Shown here: piece after piece, positions 30,552 through 39,660 of the stretch
Layout: the number at the start of each line of letters is the position of its first letter
How positions within the stretch are numbered: position 1 is the stretch's first letter
Assembly (NCBI GenBank): GCA_016176285.1
Contig: JACOXM010000002.1
Span: 10,917-74,916 of the forward strand
Direction of reading: 5' to 3'
DNA: 64,000 nt
From: Candidatus Giovannonibacteria bacterium
GTDB lineage: Bacteria > Patescibacteriota > Minisyncoccia > JACPKW01 > UBA11713
Translations under genes and position numbers: made by a program
Notes under the pieces: generated by a model
What the model saw: the letters and a program-made list of their open reading frames with translations, nothing else
Told to the model about the DNA's origin: nothing
Database searches by the model: none

Positions 30552-30575
30552 TTAAGTAATTACGCAAGTGCTTAA
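30552..30575. promoter_or_regulatory. Probable ArsR operator
   Basis: Imperfect palindrome TTAAGTAATTACGCAAGTGCTTAA between the -10 box and the ATG. Confidence 0.6.
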
Positions 30576-30580
30576 CTGAT

Positions 30581-30910
30581 ATGCTAACAAAAGAACAAAT
30601 AAATAAAATAAAGAAAGAGTTGCCGGATGAAAAAGATCGAATGCCTATCATTCTTGGCGCATTGGGCGACCCTGGCAGGTTTCGGATTTTCAAACTGCTC
30701 TCGGAACACCATGATATTTGCGTGACGGATGTCTCAAATATCTTTGATATTACGGTATCGGCGGCGTCCCAACAATTACGGGTTCTGGAAATGCTGGAAC
30801 TGGTAGAAAAAATGAGAATGGGACAAATGGTCTGCTATGAATTAAAGAAAGACAATCCCACCGTTAAACAACTGATACAATTTATAAAGGTCGGGCGAAT
30901 AAATAATTAA
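30581..30910 (+). CDS. ArsR/SmtB family repressor
   Basis: ALGDP.R.RI..LL...CV.D......SA.SQQL..L. Confidence 0.9.
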   Translation: MLTKEQINKIKKELPDEKDRMPIILGALGDPGRFRIFKLLSEHHDICVTDVSNIFDITVSAASQQLRVLEMLELVEKMRMGQMVCYELKKDNPTVKQLIQFIKVGRINN

Positions 30911-30919
30911 AATAAAAAT

Positions 30920-31156
30920 ATGCAAAAAGTAACTATCTATACAACCCCGACATGCGTGTACTGCAAAATGACCAAAGCGTTCTTCAAAGAGAATAATGTT
31001 CAGTACGAGGAAAAAGACGTGTCGACTGACCGCACCGCGGCGGATGAAATGATCAAAAAATCTAACCAGATGGGTGTGCCTGTCGTTGATATTGACGGGC
31101 AGATTCTTGTCGGTTTCGATAAGGAAGGCTTATCTCGTCTGCTCAATATTAAGTAA
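30920..31156 (+). CDS. NrdH-like glutaredoxin
   Basis: YTTPTCVYC, GVPV, VGFD. Confidence 0.92.
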   Translation: MQKVTIYTTPTCVYCKMTKAFFKENNVQYEEKDVSTDRTAADEMIKKSNQMGVPVVDIDGQILVGFDKEGLSRLLNIK

Positions 31157-31202
31157 CACAATATCGTTAAAAAACAACGTGAATGAAATAAAAAATACTC
31201 AT

Positions 31203-31540
31203 ATGACGGTGTCGGCCGCGATTATTGTCGATGTGGATATAAAGAACGAACCCTTTATCGGCGATCCGAATGCCCCTGTGACGATTGCCTACTGGTCTGA
31301 TTTTCAGTGTCCGTTCTGCCAACGCTTTGAACAAAACACACTGCCGACTCTTGTCGATCAATATGTAAAAACAGGCAAGGTCAAGATCGTGTTTAAGGAT
31401 TTTCAATTCCTCGGACCCGATTCACAGGACGCCTTCTATAGACGCGGATAAGATCGCAAGGCAGGTGGACGAGCAACGTGCCGCCTATCAGCAAAGCTGG
31501 ATGCCGATAAAGCCGAGGGCGCAAAATTTGGCATATTGAG
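31203..31540 (+). pseudogene. DsbA-family oxidoreductase remnant
   Basis: GDPNAPVT..SDFQCPFC..KDFQFLGPDS, then jumps to DADK..AEGAKFGI with frameshifts. Confidence 0.75.
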
Positions 31541-31621
31541 TGTTATTATTTTGAGCGCATCCATCTATTTGGTTTACCGGAAGATAAATGATCCTCTTAT
31601 CTGTAAACCATCACAAAGAAT

Positions 31622-32239
31622 ATGAATGAACAAATAATGAAACAAGAAAAGCGAGAAATTCGCAGACAAGAAAAAGAAACGGGACAGCACGCGCGGCGGC
31701 GCAATCTTTTTGTGCGCAAAATCAGAAACTACGCAATCATTTTTGGAGTCATTGCTTTTGCGGGTTACGGCCTGTATTTATTGTCACAAAGCAGTGCGAC
31801 GAAGGGAGAAGATTCGAGCCGCGTGATTCCTTTAATGGAAGCAACTCATGTCACTGTGGGTAGTCAACTGCCCGAATATACCTCCAATCCGCCGACGTCG
31901 GGACCGCATTACGGCCAAACTGCTCATTCCGGGTTCCGTGAAGAAACAATTCCTGACCAGCATATTATTCACAATCTTGAACATGGCGATATTTGGATTG
32001 CGTATCATCCGCGTGTCGCAGACGAGATAAAAGAAGAGTTGAAACAATTCGGAGCGGCAAAAGTCATCATCACGCCGCGCGAAGCAAATGAAACCGATAT
32101 CGCGCTTGCCGCGTGGGGACGACTTGATGTGTTTAATATAGAAAATAATACCTTGCCGGTTGAAAGAATAAAAGATTTTATTAAGCGATACACCAATAAA
32201 GGCCCCGAGAAAGTGCCTGGGGCAAGCGGAGGAATATAA
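31622..32239 (+). CDS. DUF3105 family protein
   Basis: Y.SNPPTSGPH, HNLEHG, AWG. Confidence 0.85.
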   Translation: MNEQIMKQEKREIRRQEKETGQHARRRNLFVRKIRNYAIIFGVIAFAGYGLYLLSQSSATKGEDSSRVIPLMEATHVTVGSQLPEYTSNPPTSGPHYGQTAHSGFREETIPDQHIIHNLEHGDIWIAYHPRVADEIKEELKQFGAAKVIITPREANETDIALAAWGRLDVFNIENNTLPVERIKDFIKRYTNKGPEKVPGASGGI

Positions 32240-32305
32240 TTAGTAATCTAAAAGATAGATGGATAATTAGTGGGAAATGTAATCGCGAAGAGTTAAAAAT
32301 AAAAT

Positions 32306-33304
32306 ATGATTTCTCAACAAAAGACGGTCATTATTATAGCGACAATTATAGGAATTTCAGCGATTTTTATTTTATCGCGCGCGGTTTTTAGAAATGATTT
32401 TAAGGATAATGGCAATCAATCTTTTTCAACAAAAGAAATCATGATAACCGATGGCGTAAAACACAGTGTTCCGCTTGATGAGATTCTGGGCGGCGGACCG
32501 CCAAAGGACGGTATTCCATCCATAGATAATCCCAAATTTGTTTCTATTGCTGACGCAGGAAACTTTTTAAGTGATAGTGAGCCGGGTATTGCTCTCGATA
32601 TCAATGGCACCGCACGATTCTATTCATTCCAAATTTTGGTCTGGCATGAAATCGTCAACGACACGATAAATGGCGAGCGCGTGCTCGTAACCTACTGTCC
32701 GCTGTGCCTTTCAGGTATTGTGTTTGATCCTGCGGTGCAAGGCGAGCGCGTCGAATTCGGTACGTCCGGAAAATTGTGGAATTCTAATTTGGTAATGTAC
32801 GACCGCAAAACCGATTCGCTCTGGTCGCAGATTTTAGGCGAGGCGATTGTCGGAGAGATGACCGGTATAGAGCTCAAAGTCCTTCCCTCGGACATGATCA
32901 GATTCGGCGAGTTTAAAAAACAGCATCCGAAGGGCTTCGTGCTTTCGCGCGACACGGGAGCAACGAGATTTTACGGCCAGGATCCTTATGGGAATTACTA
33001 TACTACCCCGGGTACTTTTTTTCCGGTTGACAATAAAGATAACAGGCTTCCAGAGAAGGATTTTATCTTGGGTATCGTGGTAAATGGAAAAGCAAAAGCA
33101 TACTGGCCGGAAGCGATCAAAAAAGTCGGCGAAGTTATAGACCAGTTTGAAGGAAAAACCATTATCGCCAGATATGAAAAAGATATCGACGCAGTCAGGC
33201 TTTTTGAGAAAAAAACCGATGGCACGCTCGAGCGCTTAAATCCATTCGGCGCATTCTGGTTTTCGTGGGCGGCCGCGCATCCTGAAACGGAATTGTATAA
33301 ATAA
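32306..33304 (+). CDS. DUF3179 family protein
   Basis: GGPPKDGIPSID.P, HEIVND, YCPLC, SGKL.NSNLVMYDR. Confidence 0.88.
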   Translation: MISQQKTVIIIATIIGISAIFILSRAVFRNDFKDNGNQSFSTKEIMITDGVKHSVPLDEILGGGPPKDGIPSIDNPKFVSIADAGNFLSDSEPGIALDINGTARFYSFQILVWHEIVNDTINGERVLVTYCPLCLSGIVFDPAVQGERVEFGTSGKLWNSNLVMYDRKTDSLWSQILGEAIVGEMTGIELKVLPSDMIRFGEFKKQHPKGFVLSRDTGATRFYGQDPYGNYYTTPGTFFPVDNKDNRLPEKDFILGIVVNGKAKAYWPEAIKKVGEVIDQFEGKTIIARYEKDIDAVRLFEKKTDGTLERLNPFGAFWFSWAAAHPETELYK

Positions 33305-33390
33305 TTTAACGTCACTTATATATATTGCGCCTTCTTTACAAGACTGAGACTTTAAAAAGGTCGATAAAATTAATAAAAAAACAAAAAAAT

Positions 33391-33828
33391 ATGTCAATAA
33401 TAAAAATTGAATCAGAGCATATAAATGCAGGCGTGATTTCGGGACTTATTGCCGGAGTTGTTTTCGGGGCCATGATGGCCATGATGGGGATGCTGCCTAT
33501 GATTGCAAAACTTCTCGGGGGCAGTTCGGCGCTGTTCGGATTTGTTTTGCATCTTATCTTCAGCATGGTCATTGGAGCTATCTTTGCAATTTTTCTTGGA
33601 CACGCCGCAGCGGATAGAATGAAAGGAATAACGCTGGGAATTATATACGGAGTAATATGGTGGTTTTTGGGGCCTCTTACCCTCATGCCTTTATGGCTTG
33701 GAATGGGAATACAACTGTCGCCGGAAGGAATGCAAGCGGCTTTGCCAAGTTTGTGGGGACACTTGGTTTATGGTTTTATCTTGGGCCTCATCTATCCAAT
33801 GATAGTGGGATTAAAACCAAAAAATTAA
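33391..33828 (+). CDS. Hypothetical 4-TM protein with intramembrane His
   Basis: G.VLH...S, GH.VYG; ATG 33391 preferred as start. Confidence 0.65.
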   Translation: MSIIKIESEHINAGVISGLIAGVVFGAMMAMMGMLPMIAKLLGGSSALFGFVLHLIFSMVIGAIFAIFLGHAAADRMKGITLGIIYGVIWWFLGPLTLMPLWLGMGIQLSPEGMQAALPSLWGHLVYGFILGLIYPMIVGLKPKN

Positions 33829-33839
33829 TCGAGAGATAA

Positions 33840-35093
33840 ATGGTAAACGGAAAAAAACCTGTAAGAATTGTGATTCTGGGCGCGGGATTCGGGGGATCTT
33901 ATGCGTTTAAACGCCTGCATAAATTCTTCCATAAAGACCAAAGCGTCGAACTTATTCTCGTGGATGCCAGAAATTACTTTCTCTTCACGCCCTTACTTCA
34001 TGAAGTCGCGACAGGCAGCGTAGCGAGGGAAAACATCGTCGAGCCTCTTAGAAAAGTGCTGGGGTGCTGCCTGGCGGAGTTTTGCTTGGCTGATGTTAAA
34101 AGAGTTGAATTACAGAGCCGCCGTGTCATTACAACAAATGGATCCATTTCTTATGATTATTTGATTATGGCTTTAGGAGCTGAGACAAATTTCTATAATA
34201 TTCCCGGAGCACGGGAACACTCTTTCACTTTGAAATCACTCGAAAATGCGGTCCGCCTGAAAAATCACTTTATTAAAAAATTCGAAGAAGCGGCTGCAAC
34301 CGACGACGAAAATCTTCTGAAAAATAAGCTTTGCTTTGTTGTCGTCGGAGGCGGGCCAACGGGCGTTGAATTAGCCGCAGAGATGTCCGAATTGTTTTAC
34401 CACACATTCAGCAAATATTACGGACGCCATTTCTTTTATCAAAAAGTAAAAATAGCCTTAGTGCAAAACAATAAAGAACTCCTGCCTCGATTCTCCAAAA
34501 AACTTAGAGACAAAAGCCTTTCTGTTTTGCAAAGCAAAAAAATCGACGTCAAGCTCGGTGTAAATGTAAAAAGAGTTGTAAAAACTTTTATTGAGCTAAG
34601 CACCGGAGAAATACTCCCGACAGAAACCGTAATCTGGGTTGCGGGAGTAAAACCGCGGGATGTGCTTTTTGACCGAAAAATTGAACGCGATTCTAAGGGA
34701 AGAATACGCGTAAACGAATACTTGCAAATGTATGAGTCGCCCGAAGTGTTCGCATTAGGGGATATAGCGGCGTTCGCTCAAAATAAAAAAGAACTGCCGG
34801 AATTTGCTCAAGTCGCAACCAAGCAGGCTCGAGGCGTGGCGGAAAATATTAAAAATTTAATTGACGGAAAACCAGCCAGACCTTTTCATTACAGACATAC
34901 CGGAGATTTAATTTCTTTGGGACAGTGGATGGCAATCGGAGAGATTGGAGGTTTTCCATTCTGGGGCCGCTTTACCTGGTGGCTATGGAGAACAGTGTAT
35001 CTTTCAAAACTCATATCGTTCCCAAAAAAAGTTAAAGTGGCGGTCGACTGGACGTTTAATCTATTCATGCCTCGGGATATATCGCAATTATAA
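33840..35093 (+). CDS. ndh: Type II NADH dehydrogenase-like FAD oxidoreductase
   Basis: GAGFGG, FTPLL.EVA, GGGPTGVELA. Confidence 0.8.
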   Translation: MVNGKKPVRIVILGAGFGGSYAFKRLHKFFHKDQSVELILVDARNYFLFTPLLHEVATGSVARENIVEPLRKVLGCCLAEFCLADVKRVELQSRRVITTNGSISYDYLIMALGAETNFYNIPGAREHSFTLKSLENAVRLKNHFIKKFEEAAATDDENLLKNKLCFVVVGGGPTGVELAAEMSELFYHTFSKYYGRHFFYQKVKIALVQNNKELLPRFSKKLRDKSLSVLQSKKIDVKLGVNVKRVVKTFIELSTGEILPTETVIWVAGVKPRDVLFDRKIERDSKGRIRVNEYLQMYESPEVFALGDIAAFAQNKKELPEFAQVATKQARGVAENIKNLIDGKPARPFHYRHTGDLISLGQWMAIGEIGGFPFWGRFTWWLWRTVYLSKLISFPKKVKVAVDWTFNLFMPRDISQL

Positions 35094-35164
35094 AAGATAT
35101 GAAGAATGATATTATTAATTTATAAGGTCAAAAGGCGAATTAAAAGCTAATTTTTATTAAGAAT

Positions 35165-35548
35165 ATGTTATTCGAACTAAATCAATACAGTGATATTGCG
35201 TTTCTAATCTTGCGCTTGGCAATAGCGGCAATTTTTATTTATCACGCACTGCCGAAACTAAAGGGCGCAAAAATAATGTCGCAGGAGATGGGCATGCCCG
35301 CCGGAATGATATTTATGCTTGGCGGAATAGAACTTCTGTCGTCCGCAGGATTGGCGCTCGGTGTCTATACGCAACTTGCCTCGGCACTCCTTGCTTTCGT
35401 GATGATTGGAGCCATTTACTTTAAAATGGTGAAATGGCACGTGCCGTTTGGGGCAATGGATAAAACCGGATGGGAGTTTGATCTTATTCTCTTGGCAGCC
35501 AGCATCTTCATCCTCGTGAACGGCGGAGGTGCGATAGGAATACAGTAA
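35165..35548 (+). CDS. DoxX family membrane protein
   Basis: LRL...FI.H..PK, E......L.LG, GWE. Confidence 0.85.
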   Translation: MLFELNQYSDIAFLILRLAIAAIFIYHALPKLKGAKIMSQEMGMPAGMIFMLGGIELLSSAGLALGVYTQLASALLAFVMIGAIYFKMVKWHVPFGAMDKTGWEFDLILLAASIFILVNGGGAIGIQ

Positions 35549-35552
35549 TTTT

Positions 35553-36518
35553 ATGCAATACGATCTTATTATCATAGGCTCTGGCGCGGCCGGTCTGGGG
35601 GCCGCAATCTATAGCGGTCGCTACCGCATGAAAGTTCTTGTTGCGAGCAAAGAATTCGGCGGCGAGACTGCGAAAGCGGGCGTTATTGAAAATTATCCCG
35701 GCATCAAAGCCATCGATGGCTATGAGCTTATGGGGGCGATGTGGGAACAGACAAAAAGTCTCGCAGTTGAGATAATTGACGAGGAAGTTAAAGACGTTAA
35801 GCGGCAAGGACATTGTTTTGAAGTCTCGACAAAAAATGCGACGTATCAAACGCACGCAATTATTTTTGCTTTAGGTGCCGAACGCCGCCGGCTTGGTTTG
35901 CCTAACGAAAAAGAATTGACCGGCAAAGGCGTGCATTATTGTGTGACTTGCGACGGTCCAGTATACGGCGGAAAAACCATAGCCATGGCCGGCGGAGGTG
36001 ATGCTTCAGTAAAAGGCGCGATTCTTGCGGCCGAATATGTTAATAAGGTATTTCTGATCGTCCGCGGCAAAGAAGTTCAAGCAGAGCCGGTTAATCTGGA
36101 GCGAATGAAAAAACTCGGAGATAAAATTGAACTGCTCTTGGATACAGAAGTTAAAGAAATTGCAGGCGAAAAGAAACTTGAAAAGCTGATTCTTTCGCGC
36201 GAATTTAAAGGGTCATCCGAGCTGGTTGTTGACGGCTTGTTCGTAGAAATAGGCGCGGTACCTAATGTCGAACTTACAAAATCGATTGGCGTGGAACTTG
36301 ATGAACGCGGATACATTAAAACTGACGCCATGATGCAAACGAATATTGATGGAGTGTTTGCGGCCGGTGACGCGGTCAATCATTTCGGCTCTTTCAAGCA
36401 GTGTATTACTTCCGCGGCCATGGGAGCAGTCGCTGCTACCTCCGCTTACAACGACCGCAAAATTCACGGCGAAATTTGTCCGATACACGCCAAACCGCAA
36501 TTAACATTAAAAAAATAA
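35553..36518 (+). CDS. trxB: Thioredoxin reductase
   Basis: GSGAAG, ENYPG, CVTCDG, GVFAAGD. Confidence 0.88.
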   Translation: MQYDLIIIGSGAAGLGAAIYSGRYRMKVLVASKEFGGETAKAGVIENYPGIKAIDGYELMGAMWEQTKSLAVEIIDEEVKDVKRQGHCFEVSTKNATYQTHAIIFALGAERRRLGLPNEKELTGKGVHYCVTCDGPVYGGKTIAMAGGGDASVKGAILAAEYVNKVFLIVRGKEVQAEPVNLERMKKLGDKIELLLDTEVKEIAGEKKLEKLILSREFKGSSELVVDGLFVEIGAVPNVELTKSIGVELDERGYIKTDAMMQTNIDGVFAAGDAVNHFGSFKQCITSAAMGAVAATSAYNDRKIHGEICPIHAKPQLTLKK

Positions 36519-36553
36519 AGGCCGAAAATTAATAATTTAAAATTTAATTTATT

Positions 36554-36727
36554 ATGAACGAATCAGAAAAAAAATGCTCAACATGCGGCGGCAAAGCCGC
36601 GGGATACAAGTGCGATTCGTGCGGCGTTGAAGCCGCAGAGCACGACGAGAAGCATAGCTGCGGCGGGAATCATTGCGTAGCAAAATGTGCAAACTGCAAT
36701 CAAGCGGAAACTAAATGCGCTTGCTAA
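36554..36727 (+). CDS. 57-aa Cys-rich metallothionein-like peptide (not in ORF track)
   Basis: MNESEKKCSTCGGKAAGYKCDSCGVEAAEHDEKHSCGGNHCVAKCANCNQAETKCAC; 10 Cys, 3 His; fills the operon gap. Confidence 0.75.
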   Translation: MNESEKKCSTCGGKAAGYKCDSCGVEAAEHDEKHSCGGNHCVAKCANCNQAETKCAC

Positions 36728-37248
36728 ATGTGAAAAAATCTTTAGTAATCGCGAGTATTGTCACATTAAGCCTCGTAGGCATCGGCTTGTTAGTAATTTC
36801 TAACCGCAACGTCCCCGACCAGTCAGATCGCCAAACTCCCGAAAAAGCGCCTGACTTTAATTTGCAGAATTTTGAAGGCAAGATTGTGCGCCTTACGGAT
36901 TTTACAGGGAAGCCGCTTGTGATAAATTCGTGGGCCGCATGGTGTCCGTTCTGTCGCAAAGAACTGGTTGATTTTGCAGCGGCGCAAAAGGAATTTGGCG
37001 ACAAAGTAACAATTATAGCGATTGACCGATCGGAAGCGCTGAATGTGGCGAAAAAATATACAGACGAACTGGGAGTAACCAATGAGCTTATCCTTCTTCT
37101 TGATCCATCGGACAACTTTTATCAATCAATTGGAGGTTTTTCGATGCCGGAGACGATTTTTATAGATAAAAATGGGGAGATAATCGAACACAAGCGCGGA
37201 CCAATGGACGTAAATGAGATGCGCTTAAAAATAGAAAAGATCTTGTAA
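36715..37248 (+). CDS. TlpA/ResA-like thiol-disulfide oxidoreductase
   Basis: N-terminal TM, APDF, WAAWCPFC, MPET. Confidence 0.9.
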   Translation: MRLLNVKKSLVIASIVTLSLVGIGLLVISNRNVPDQSDRQTPEKAPDFNLQNFEGKIVRLTDFTGKPLVINSWAAWCPFCRKELVDFAAAQKEFGDKVTIIAIDRSEALNVAKKYTDELGVTNELILLLDPSDNFYQSIGGFSMPETIFIDKNGEIIEHKRGPMDVNEMRLKIEKIL

Positions 37249-37254
37249 CAAAAT

Positions 37255-37914
37255 ATGTATCACCCAAAACCTTATCAGAAATGCGAAATGCCGGAGTTTA
37301 GCGGAACTCTTGGCGTTTTGGTGCTGAACGGCTCACTGAAACATAAAAGCGAATCATCAAATACGGAAGAATTAGCCGAATTAGTTATAGAAAACATGAA
37401 AAGCCATTCGGAAATCGATTATGAAATCATTAGGCTCGCGGATAAAAATATTCCGGCTGGCCTTGGTTTTAAAGAAAGCGAAGATGACGAGTGGCCGAAG
37501 ATTGCGGAGAAAATTAAAAAAGCTGATATTGTTTTGTTCGCGTCGCCTATCTGGTGGGGTGGAAGATCAAGTCTTATGCAGCGAATCATTGAACGTATGG
37601 ATGCGTTCGATGAGGAATATATACATGGCGGCAGAAACACTTTACTCAACAAAGTCGCCGGTATTGTCATAACCGGTAGCGAAGACGGAGCGCAAGCAAC
37701 CCTTAGCTCCCTTATGAGTATGCTGACATTTATGAATTTCGCTTTGCCGCCGCAATGCGCCGCTTACTGGGTAGGCGAAGTCGGTCAAGATCCGAAAGAT
37801 GACCGCGAGAGAAGGCTCAAAAATAAAGCGGTTGAAAACATGGCCAAAACCATGGCAAGGAATTTAGTTTTTTATGCCAAATTATTAAAAGATCATCCTA
37901 TCATTGAAAAATAA
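37255..37914 (+). CDS. Flavodoxin-like NADPH-dependent FMN reductase
   Basis: NGSL, SNT, SPIWWG, G.EDG. Confidence 0.82.
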   Translation: MYHPKPYQKCEMPEFSGTLGVLVLNGSLKHKSESSNTEELAELVIENMKSHSEIDYEIIRLADKNIPAGLGFKESEDDEWPKIAEKIKKADIVLFASPIWWGGRSSLMQRIIERMDAFDEEYIHGGRNTLLNKVAGIVITGSEDGAQATLSSLMSMLTFMNFALPPQCAAYWVGEVGQDPKDDRERRLKNKAVENMAKTMARNLVFYAKLLKDHPIIEK

Positions 37915-37918
37915 CATC

Positions 37919-38080
37919 ATGGTTAAAACAATAAAAAATCAAAATAGGGAGCTGTATCAGTGCGAAGAATGCGGCTTGAAATACGAATCTAAAGAAATCG
38001 CGGAGAAATGCCAAGCATGGTGCAATGAACATAAAAGCTGCAATCTGGATATTATAAAAAACGCTGTGAAGGATTTATGA
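37919..38080 (+). CDS. 53-aa zinc-finger-like microprotein (not in ORF track)
   Basis: YQCEECGLKY..A.KCQAWC..HKSCNL; ATGA overlap with the next gene. Confidence 0.75.
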   Translation: MVKTIKNQNRELYQCEECGLKYESKEIAEKCQAWCNEHKSCNLDIIKNAVKDL

Positions 38081-38565
38081 GCGTCAATCACACGCAAGTT
38101 CAAGAGTTGGAATACAACTACATCACTGACGGCATTTATATCGGCACAAACCAGTGCTGCCAAACGCATTTCGACGAGAAACTAAAGAAAGAAGGTATCA
38201 TCGCCGACATTTCCTTGGAAGAAGACCGGCTCGACGCGCCCTTCGGCGTTGATTTTTATGTTTGGATTCCTGTAAAAAATCATGCGGCACCCAAACCTGA
38301 TCAACTTGAATTTGGAGTTTCAGTTCTGGAAAAACTGGTGTTGATGAAAAAGAAAGTATATGTGCATTGCAAAAACGGCCACGGCAGAGCGCCGACGCTC
38401 GCCGCCGCCTATCTCATTATAAAAGGAAAAAGTCCGGAAGAAGCTGAAGCATTTATTAAATCAAAACGTCCTTCCATGCATCTTCAAAAAATCCAAAAAA
38501 CTGTGCTTCAAAAATTTAGTCAAAAAAATAAATGGAATTTTCACTTATCATCCCGGCATTTATAG
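38077..38565 (+). CDS. Dual-specificity protein phosphatase family
   Basis: VHCKNGHGRA (CX5R). Confidence 0.88.
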   Translation: MSVNHTQVQELEYNYITDGIYIGTNQCCQTHFDEKLKKEGIIADISLEEDRLDAPFGVDFYVWIPVKNHAAPKPDQLEFGVSVLEKLVLMKKKVYVHCKNGHGRAPTLAAAYLIIKGKSPEEAEAFIKSKRPSMHLQKIQKTVLQKFSQKNKWNFHLSSRHL

Positions 38566-39287
38566 CCGGCATCCTTACCTTTCTTGCCCCCTGTACGCTT
38601 CCTTTGGTGCCGGGGTATTTGGGATTCATCAGTGGCGTTTCGGCAAACGACTTACAAGATCCGAATAAAGCAAAAATTGTGCGAGGAAAAATCTTTTTTA
38701 ACGGAGTTTTTTATGTAATTGGTTTTAGCTTGGTTTTCATAATTCTCGGAAGCCTTTTTGGACTCGGCGGCGCTGCTCTTTTTAAATACCGGATTTGGCT
38801 CTCGCGAATCGGCGGCATTTTTGTGATATTTTTCGGGCTCTTTATGACGGGCATTTTAAAACTTCCGTTTTTGAATTTTGAAAAACATCTCGGGGGCATA
38901 AAAGCCTTAAAACCCGGAAACCCTACAAGTTCACTGATTTTCGGAGCGACATTTGCTTTTGGATGGACTCCGTGCGTCGGTCCGATTCTTGGATCAATCC
39001 TTACGCTCGCTGCGGCATCGGCAACGGTCGGTCAGGGAGCGTTTCTTCTTTCGGTTTTCTCTCTTGGACTTGCGGTACCGTTCCTTATAATCGCTGCGGG
39101 CATAGGTTCTGCATCAAGCTATATCTCAAAACTGAACAAGTATCTCAATGTTGTTTCGATTATCGGAGGTCTTTTTCTTATTTTTCTTGGCATCCTTCTT
39201 TTCACAAACAAGCTCGGCGTGTGGATCGCATACTTTTATCAATGGTTCGATTTTACTAACTACGAACGATTGCTTGATTATTTATAA
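38532..39287 (+). CDS. ccdA: CcdA/DsbD-family thiol-redox transporter
   Basis: FLAPCTLPLVP, GWTPCVGP. Confidence 0.88.
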   Translation: MEFSLIIPAFIAGILTFLAPCTLPLVPGYLGFISGVSANDLQDPNKAKIVRGKIFFNGVFYVIGFSLVFIILGSLFGLGGAALFKYRIWLSRIGGIFVIFFGLFMTGILKLPFLNFEKHLGGIKALKPGNPTSSLIFGATFAFGWTPCVGPILGSILTLAAASATVGQGAFLLSVFSLGLAVPFLIIAAGIGSASSYISKLNKYLNVVSIIGGLFLIFLGILLFTNKLGVWIAYFYQWFDFTNYERLLDYL

Positions 39288-39414
39288 TTATGATTAGGAC
39301 GATAAAACAAAACGAAAAAGAGACACACACACAACCTTTTTAGCCAACCGCGAAGCGCGCCTCTGCGCGCCGAGCGGAAAGGATTCGTCGTTCAAAAATC
39401 GGAATCTCTAATCT

Positions 39415-39483
39415 TGGAGCCACCTCCCGGATTCCTCGCCTGTAAAAGCTATGCTTTAGCATTGTGGGCAGGGAACCGGCGAC
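39415..39483 (-). pseudogene. 3' tRNA fragment (Thr-like) with a 38-bp palindrome inserted in the T-loop
   Basis: GTCGCCGGTTC[insert 39435-39472]GAATCCGGGAGGTGGCTCCA. Confidence 0.75.
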
Positions 39484-39494
39484 TTCTTAATTTG

Positions 39495-39566
39495 AGCCGG
39501 AGAGAGGATTTGAACCCCCGACCTTACCCTTACGAAGGGTCTGCTCTACCACTGAGCTACTCCGGC
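39495..39566 (-). tRNA. tRNA-Thr(CGT)
   Basis: GCCGGAG/CTCCGGC-T, ACCC-TT-CGT-AA-GGGT, GGTTCAAATCC. Confidence 0.93.
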
Positions 39567-39584
39567 TTGTATTTTTTAATACAG

Positions 39585-39655
39585 TGCGAGTGGCGGGAAT
39601 TGAACCCGCGTCCCTTGCTTGGGAAGCAAGTATATTGCCACTATACTACACTCGC
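39585..39655 (-). tRNA. tRNA-Gly(CCC)
   Basis: GCGAGTG/CACTCGC-A, CTTGC-TT-CCC-AA-GCAAG. Confidence 0.93.
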
Positions 39656-39660
39656 AATTT

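Noticed and set aside
30406-30693. 95-aa minus-strand ORF
   Set aside because: Only its last 22 codons are real (prfB frame 0); the rest overlaps ArsR and its promoter
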